Positions 61,155-64,000 of a stretch of DNA of 64,000 bases are shown here, in pieces. The stretch is from the NCBI GenBank assembly GCA_964536835.1, contig CAZIAZ010000002.1, positions 4,912 to 68,911 on the forward strand, written 5' to 3'. The notes beneath the pieces were generated by a model. The model worked only from the letters and a program-made list of their open reading frames with translations. It had not been told where the DNA came from and did not search any database. This DNA is from an uncultured Planctomycetaceae bacterium (GTDB lineage: Bacteria > Planctomycetota > Phycisphaerae > SM23-33). The position numbers were made by a program, and so were the translations under genes. Position 1 is the first letter of the stretch. The number at the start of each line of letters is the position of its first letter.

Positions 61155-61314
61155 AAAAAATTCCTTATTTCAGATTGCCTGATTTATCTGTCTGTGTAAC
61201 ACTTGCCCCTATAAAAGAGTTTCGCAGAAAAAAGTCAAAAAAACGGTTTTTTGCCCTATTTTCCCTCAATATAGAGCATAAACCGTAAATATATATAGGG
61301 CGATTACCCTAATT

Positions 61315-61956
61315 TTACGCAGTCAGATATCGGCTGAGTTTGGTTCGCAGTGTCATTCGTGCGCGGCTTAGCAGGCTTTTGACGGCTGACTGCGAGATTT
61401 CCATCACATTTGCAATTTCGTCGTAGTTCAGTTGCTCGTATTGCTTGAGAATAATGGCCAGGCGTTGATTTTCCGGCAAATCGTCGATGGCGTTTTTGAT
61501 TATTCTGTTTAGTTCGTCATCATTAAGTTTTTCACTCGGCGTACGTTGAGCCTTGTCCTGCAGGTCGACTGAAACATCATTATCGTTACTATTATCCAGG
61601 GAATATGTACGTTGATATTTTTTGGCTCTGATGGCATTGAAGCACAGGTTTGCGACAATTCTGTACAGCCAGGTACTGAACTTCGCCGTCGGCTGATATG
61701 ACTCGGCGTGGCGGTATATCCGCAAAAAAGTCTCCTGGGTCAAATCGTCCACATGCGATTCGTTGCGCATGAACCTGAAAATAAGGGAGTGGACGTTGCC
61801 AAGATTTCTACGGACGAGTTCTTCGAACGCCCCGTGATTGCCGGCTTTGAACTGAAGCATTAATTCGGCGTTTCTGTCCGTGCTTTTTGTCTGGTCAGTC
61901 ACCAATTTCACGTTTGAAGTACCCCTATCTCGAATTGTACCGACTATTACTGTCAT
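61315..61956 (-). CDS. RNA polymerase ECF-type sigma-70 factor
   Basis: Region 2 is HVDDLTQETFLRIYRHAESYQPTAKFSTWLYRIVANLCFNAIR. Region 4 is LPENQRLAIILKQYEQLNYDEIANVMEISQSAVKSLLSRAR. Confidence 0.8.
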   Translation of the reverse strand: MTVIVGTIRDRGTSNVKLVTDQTKSTDRNAELMLQFKAGNHGAFEELVRRNLGNVHSLIFRFMRNESHVDDLTQETFLRIYRHAESYQPTAKFSTWLYRIVANLCFNAIRAKKYQRTYSLDNSNDNDVSVDLQDKAQRTPSEKLNDDELNRIIKNAIDDLPENQRLAIILKQYEQLNYDEIANVMEISQSAVKSLLSRARMTLRTKLSRYLTA

Positions 61957-62160
61957 AATATATTTTAGGTTCGCTAATGCCAGAAAATTCCGGAAAACCT
62001 CAAAATAATGAAAAGCTTTTTAAAAAACTGCCCCCATTGCGAAGCTACAATAAGGCTTGGCCGGAAATAATACATTTATAAACAGCTTTAAAAATGGCTT
62101 AAAAAGATTCTCGAAATGTGTAATCGGAGAAAATGACACGGCAATGCAAATCCTACTTAT

Positions 62161-63180
62161 TCAGGCGTTTCGCCTTCTGAGTTGGCCGCACGCGGAATCA
62201 GCGTCGATACCCTTGCTGCGGCGAACGGTGACATTGACGTGTTTGCGGCGCAGCAGTTCGGCAAAATCATTTACCACCCGTTCATCCGGCCTTACATACG
62301 GCAAGGAACTTACAGGATTATAACGTATGAGATTTACGTTGCAGCGGAGCGTAGCTGCTATCGCCGCCAGTTGTGCGGCACATTGCGGCGAGTCGTTTAT
62401 GCCGCCGATAAGCGTATATTCCAGCGTGACTTCCCGCTTGTGCGAGTTGAAGAACTCAGCGGCGGCAGAGATAATTTCGGCGATGGGGTATCGCGAGGCA
62501 ACCGGCATAAGTTTTCGACGAAGTTCGTCGTTCGGAGCGTGCAGCGATATGGCAAGCGTTATGGGCAGTTCCAGTTCTGCAAGTTGACGTATCTGCTTCG
62601 GAAGGCCTGAGGTCGATACCGTAATTTTGCGAGCCGATATTGCACCACGGCGGGAATCGGCTAACGTTCGTACCGCATTTATTGTGGCATCAAGATTCGC
62701 CAGCGGCTCGCCCATGCCCATGAAAACCACGTTTGTTACTCGTTGGCCGGTTGCCTGTTCGAGCAGCAGAACCTGCTGGACAATTTCGCCGGAAGTCAGA
62801 TTCCGCCGCAGCCCGTCAAGGCCGGACGCACAAAAACTGCACGCCATTGCACAGCCGGCTTGCGTAGAAACGCACGCAGTAAGCCGCTCTTCAGCAGGTA
62901 TGGCAACAGTCTCGATTCGTTCGCCGTCGGGATATTCAACCAGCAACTTCACGCAGCCGTCTCCGCTGTCGCGGCGTGCTGCGATACTGCCGGTAATGAT
63001 GTCGAACTCCCCAAAAAGGTTTTCCCGTAATTTTTTTGACAGATCGCTCATCAGGGCAAAATCCGTCACTCGCTTCTGCCATATCCATTGCAAAATCTGC
63101 GTGGCGCGGAATTTTTTTTCGCCGATTCGTTCGATGTGCTCACAAAAACGTTCCGGCGTAATGTCCAGAATATGTATCAT
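62161..63180 (-). CDS. rlmN: 23S rRNA (adenine2503-C2)-methyltransferase / dual-specificity RNA methyltransferase
   Basis: Radical-SAM Cys cluster GCAMACSFCASG and the RlmN N-terminus KFRATQILQWIWQKRV. The start is set to MIHILD. The table ORF runs to 63252. Confidence 0.8.
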   Translation of the reverse strand: MIHILDITPERFCEHIERIGEKKFRATQILQWIWQKRVTDFALMSDLSKKLRENLFGEFDIITGSIAARRDSGDGCVKLLVEYPDGERIETVAIPAEERLTACVSTQAGCAMACSFCASGLDGLRRNLTSGEIVQQVLLLEQATGQRVTNVVFMGMGEPLANLDATINAVRTLADSRRGAISARKITVSTSGLPKQIRQLAELELPITLAISLHAPNDELRRKLMPVASRYPIAEIISAAAEFFNSHKREVTLEYTLIGGINDSPQCAAQLAAIAATLRCNVNLIRYNPVSSLPYVRPDERVVNDFAELLRRKHVNVTVRRSKGIDADSACGQLRRRNA

Positions 63181-63181
63181 T

Positions 63182-63601
63182 TCAGAAAAAAGCCTCCAGC
63201 CTGCCGTCCGCCAGAAAAACGTCCAGCTCCTCCAGCGTGGCAAATACGGCATGGCTGTAAAGTCGTACCACCCAGTTGGCAGCCATCGGCGTGACGGTGA
63301 GAACTACTGCGCCATTCTGGTATGCCTCGTACATTTCAATAGCCGTGCCCATCGACGCAGACGGCAGATACGCTATAACAAGGTCGCTGCCGGCACAACG
63401 TCGTACGCCGTCGTCAAAAGTCTCGCGGATTTTTCCGCCGCTGTAAGTCAGTGAATTCGGGTGTTCGGAATAATGACAATAAACCTCGGCGTCAGGTATG
63501 CGTCGCAAAATTATTTCGCGTATCGGCCCGCGCCAATCCTGCGGATGAATGGTGTCGTCCCTGACTGAGCCCTGCATTATGCCTGCCAGGAAAATTTTCA
63601 T
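63182..63601 (-). CDS. nucleoside 2-deoxyribosyltransferase-like / YtoQ-family small protein
   Basis: MKIFLAGIMQGS ... SASMGTAIEMYEAYQNGAVVL resembles the Rossmann-like YtoQ/NDT fold. It is wedged between lspA (4-bp overlap) and rlmN (1-bp gap). Confidence 0.35.
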   Translation of the reverse strand: MKIFLAGIMQGSVRDDTIHPQDWRGPIREIILRRIPDAEVYCHYSEHPNSLTYSGGKIRETFDDGVRRCAGSDLVIAYLPSASMGTAIEMYEAYQNGAVVLTVTPMAANWVVRLYSHAVFATLEELDVFLADGRLEAFF

Positions 63602-63972
63602 TTTGCGGCAACTCCTGCGTTTTTATTTCGCATCTCTTTCCGCCACAGCCAAAGCGAATTGAGCAGCACCATCGCAACGCCGATAACCAGCCACGCGTCC
63701 GCCACATTGAAAACCCATTGATAGCCGATATCGCTGCAATCGATGAAATCGCGCACGTGAAAACGTATCGGCACAAGCGGCGAAATGCTCACGACGCTGA
63801 ACAGCCTGTCGTACAGATTGCCTGCCGCCCCGCCGAGTATCAGTGCGAAGGCGGTTATCAACCAGTAATCGCGACGACTGCAGAACGAAAAGAACATGCA
63901 GACCGCCAACATCATCGCGACGGTGAAAATGTTGACTACGTACCGAGGCATGCCGCGGTAGCCGAACACCAC
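63598..63972 (-). CDS. lspA: lipoprotein signal peptidase II (the N-terminus may extend beyond the ORF shown)
   Basis: Conserved LspA blocks GGAAGNLYDR, VRDFID and FNVAD. Confidence 0.7.
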   Translation of the reverse strand: MVFGYRGMPRYVVNIFTVAMMLAVCMFFSFCSRRDYWLITAFALILGGAAGNLYDRLFSVVSISPLVPIRFHVRDFIDCSDIGYQWVFNVADAWLVIGVAMVLLNSLWLWRKEMRNKNAGVAAK

Positions 63973-64000
63973 GCCCGGGTTCGTCGACAGCGTGAATCGC

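Overview
This 64-kb window comes from a moderately GC-rich bacterial chromosome and is densely packed with coding sequence on both strands. I found no rRNA or tRNA genes and no CRISPR array. Most genes are core housekeeping genes. The likely source is a PVC-superphylum bacterium (Planctomycetota, Verrucomicrobia or a related group), because a 722-aa Chlamydia-type 'long GreA' is present and many predicted products are lipoproteins. This taxonomic placement is inference only.

Housekeeping genes:
- Translation and RNA modification: rpmE, prfA, queA, rpsA, tsaD, rlmN.
- Amino-acid and cofactor metabolism: nadK, argH, nadA, glyA.
- Chaperones, replication, envelope and nitrogen uptake: groES-groEL, gyrB, lspA, amt-glnK.

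Accessory-looking content:
- A five-gene cluster at 50332..55569 matches FlmF2/NaxD/FlmK and LgmABC systems that add amino sugars to glycolipids. It encodes an ArnT-like GT39 transferase, a LAB_N membrane protein, a YdjC-type deacetylase, an ArnC-like GT2 transferase and a methyltransferase-like protein.
- A low-GC 96-codon ORF is inserted between groES and groEL.
- A low-GC LarA-like (DUF2088) gene sits in a cluster with two AraC-type regulators.
- Adjacent ccsB and ccsA genes for system II cytochrome c biogenesis lie next to a sensor PP2C phosphatase.
- A GAF-domain sigma-54 activator is divergent from amt-glnK, which carries a candidate -24/-12 promoter.
- An ECF sigma / anti-sigma pair is present.

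Unexplained non-coding structure:
- A family of short interspersed repeats includes one complete 171-bp copy with terminal inverted repeats.
- Four tandem ~44-bp AT-rich repeats lie upstream of a LysM lipoprotein gene.
- Two ~70-bp multi-hairpin repeats lie upstream of groES, with no CIRCE element.
- A ~130-bp near-perfect palindrome with 35-bp perfect arms lies between two convergent genes.

All calls rest on reading the supplied ORF translations and the raw sequence. No database searches were run.
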